From: Chloroflexota bacterium
Lineage (GTDB): Bacteria; Chloroflexota; Dehalococcoidia; UBA2979
Length of the DNA: 64,000 nucleotides
Assembly: GCA_947479915.1 (NCBI GenBank)
Contig: CANKAU010000001.1
Location: 21,957-85,956, forward strand
Reading direction: 5' to 3'
Shown piece by piece: positions 63,375 through 64,000 of this stretch (positions within the stretch are counted from its first letter, which is position 1; each line of letters opens with the position of its first letter). A program made the position numbers and the translations under genes. The notes under the pieces are model-generated. The model had not been told where the DNA came from. It saw only the letters and a list, made by a program, of their open reading frames with translations, and made no database searches.

Positions 63375-63380
63375 CCCCGC

Positions 63381-64000
63381 ATGACCTCGACGACTCTCGA
63401 CACGGTGGCGGCGGTGGAGGCGGAGGCGCGCGCGCGGCTCGCCGAGGCGGCTGACGAGGCCGCGCTGGAGGCGTGGCGGCTCGGCGTCCTCGGACGGTCG
63501 GGGTCGCTGACCGGCGTGCTGCGAGGCCTGGGCGCACTGCCCGAGGACGAGCGCCGCGCCGTGGGCGCTGCCGCGAACATCGCGAAGCAGGCGCTGGAGG
63601 CGGCCCTGGACGCCCGGCGCGAGGAGCTGCGTCGCGCGGCCCTCGGCAGCATGGAGGCGCTGGACGTCACGCTGCCCGGCCGCCCGGTGCGCCGCGGCGG
63701 GCTGCACCCCGTCACGCAGGTGCGCCGCGAGATCCTCGACATCTTCGCGCGCCTCGGCTTCGCGACGGTCGAGGGCCCCGAGGTGGAGCTGGACGAGTAC
63801 AACTTCGGCCGGCTGCGCATCCCGGAGCACCACCCCGCGCGCGACATGTGGGACACGTTCTGGTTCGAGCGCGAGCAGGCCACCGACCCGGCCATGCTCC
63901 TGCGAACGCACACCAGCCCCATGCAGATCCGGTTCATCGAGCAGCACGAGCCGCCGATCCGCATCGCCGTGCCGGGCCGCTGCTACCGCTACGAGGCCAC
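63381..64000 (+). CDS. pheS: Phenylalanine--tRNA ligase alpha subunit (3' end runs off the window)
   Basis: Absent from the track because it is truncated. My translation from ATG 63381: MTSTTLDTVAAVEAEARARLAEA...LHPVTQVRREILDIFARLGFATVEGPEVELDEYNFGRLRIPEHHPARDMWDTFW...LLRTHTSPMQIR...PGRCYRYEA. Confidence 0.9.
   Translation, partial: MTSTTLDTVAAVEAEARARLAEAADEAALEAWRLGVLGRSGSLTGVLRGLGALPEDERRAVGAAANIAKQALEAALDARREELRRAALGSMEALDVTLPGRPVRRGGLHPVTQVRREILDIFARLGFATVEGPEVELDEYNFGRLRIPEHHPARDMWDTFWFEREQATDPAMLLRTHTSPMQIRFIEQHEPPIRIAVPGRCYRYEA

Noticed and set aside
1-64000. CRISPR arrays, rRNA operons, IS elements/transposases and prophage genes
   Set aside because: I saw no regularly spaced direct repeats, no rRNA-like sequence and no transposase or phage structural motifs in any frame.

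Overview
A 64-kb stretch of a bacterial chromosome, about 70-75% GC by hand counts. Gene content and order look actinobacterial or Chloroflexi-like: alaS-ruvX-mltG-aroE-x-aroC-aroK/aroB-acyP, aroQ-pepP-efp, dnaG-rpoD, and a zinc-finger-less TopA with GxxGPY repeats. I support about 58 protein genes and one tRNA-Phe(GAA). I see no rRNA, CRISPR array, transposase or prophage. Many track ORFs are high-GC artefacts, either long antisense ORFs or 5' over-extensions, so I re-set starts using ATG/GTG, Shine-Dalgarno (SD) spacing and N-terminal family signatures. Two edge-truncated genes missing from the track were recovered by hand: an M16 peptidase partner (1-921) and pheS (63381-64000). Most of the window is housekeeping: replication and repair (pcrA, dnaG, topA, dprA, xseAB, xerC/D), transcription and translation (rpoD, efp, alaS, pheS, rluB), the shikimate pathway, cell envelope (glmS, glmU, mltG, plsC), Moco (moeA, mobB) and ppdK. 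The best candidate for something new is a ~1.4-kb low-GC islet (61946-63380) just upstream of pheS. It encodes a protein with a CAP12/PycTIR-type TIR-like domain fused to an unassigned twin wHTH-like N-terminus, followed by a tiny 2-TM ORF. It lies convergent to a SMODS-like nucleotidyltransferase whose catalytic motif looks degenerate. Other points worth a second look: cmk has no canonical start codon (GGAGG-6 nt-ATC); the M50 protease gene has a frameshifted 5' end; nested REP/MITE-like palindromes sit near 60.5 kb, and a 24/25-nt hairpin motif is shared with 8.86 kb; several operon-leading genes have -10 boxes 6-7 nt from the start codon, suggesting leaderless mRNAs; and there is an aroK-aroB fusion. 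All family assignments come from motif reading only. No searches were run.
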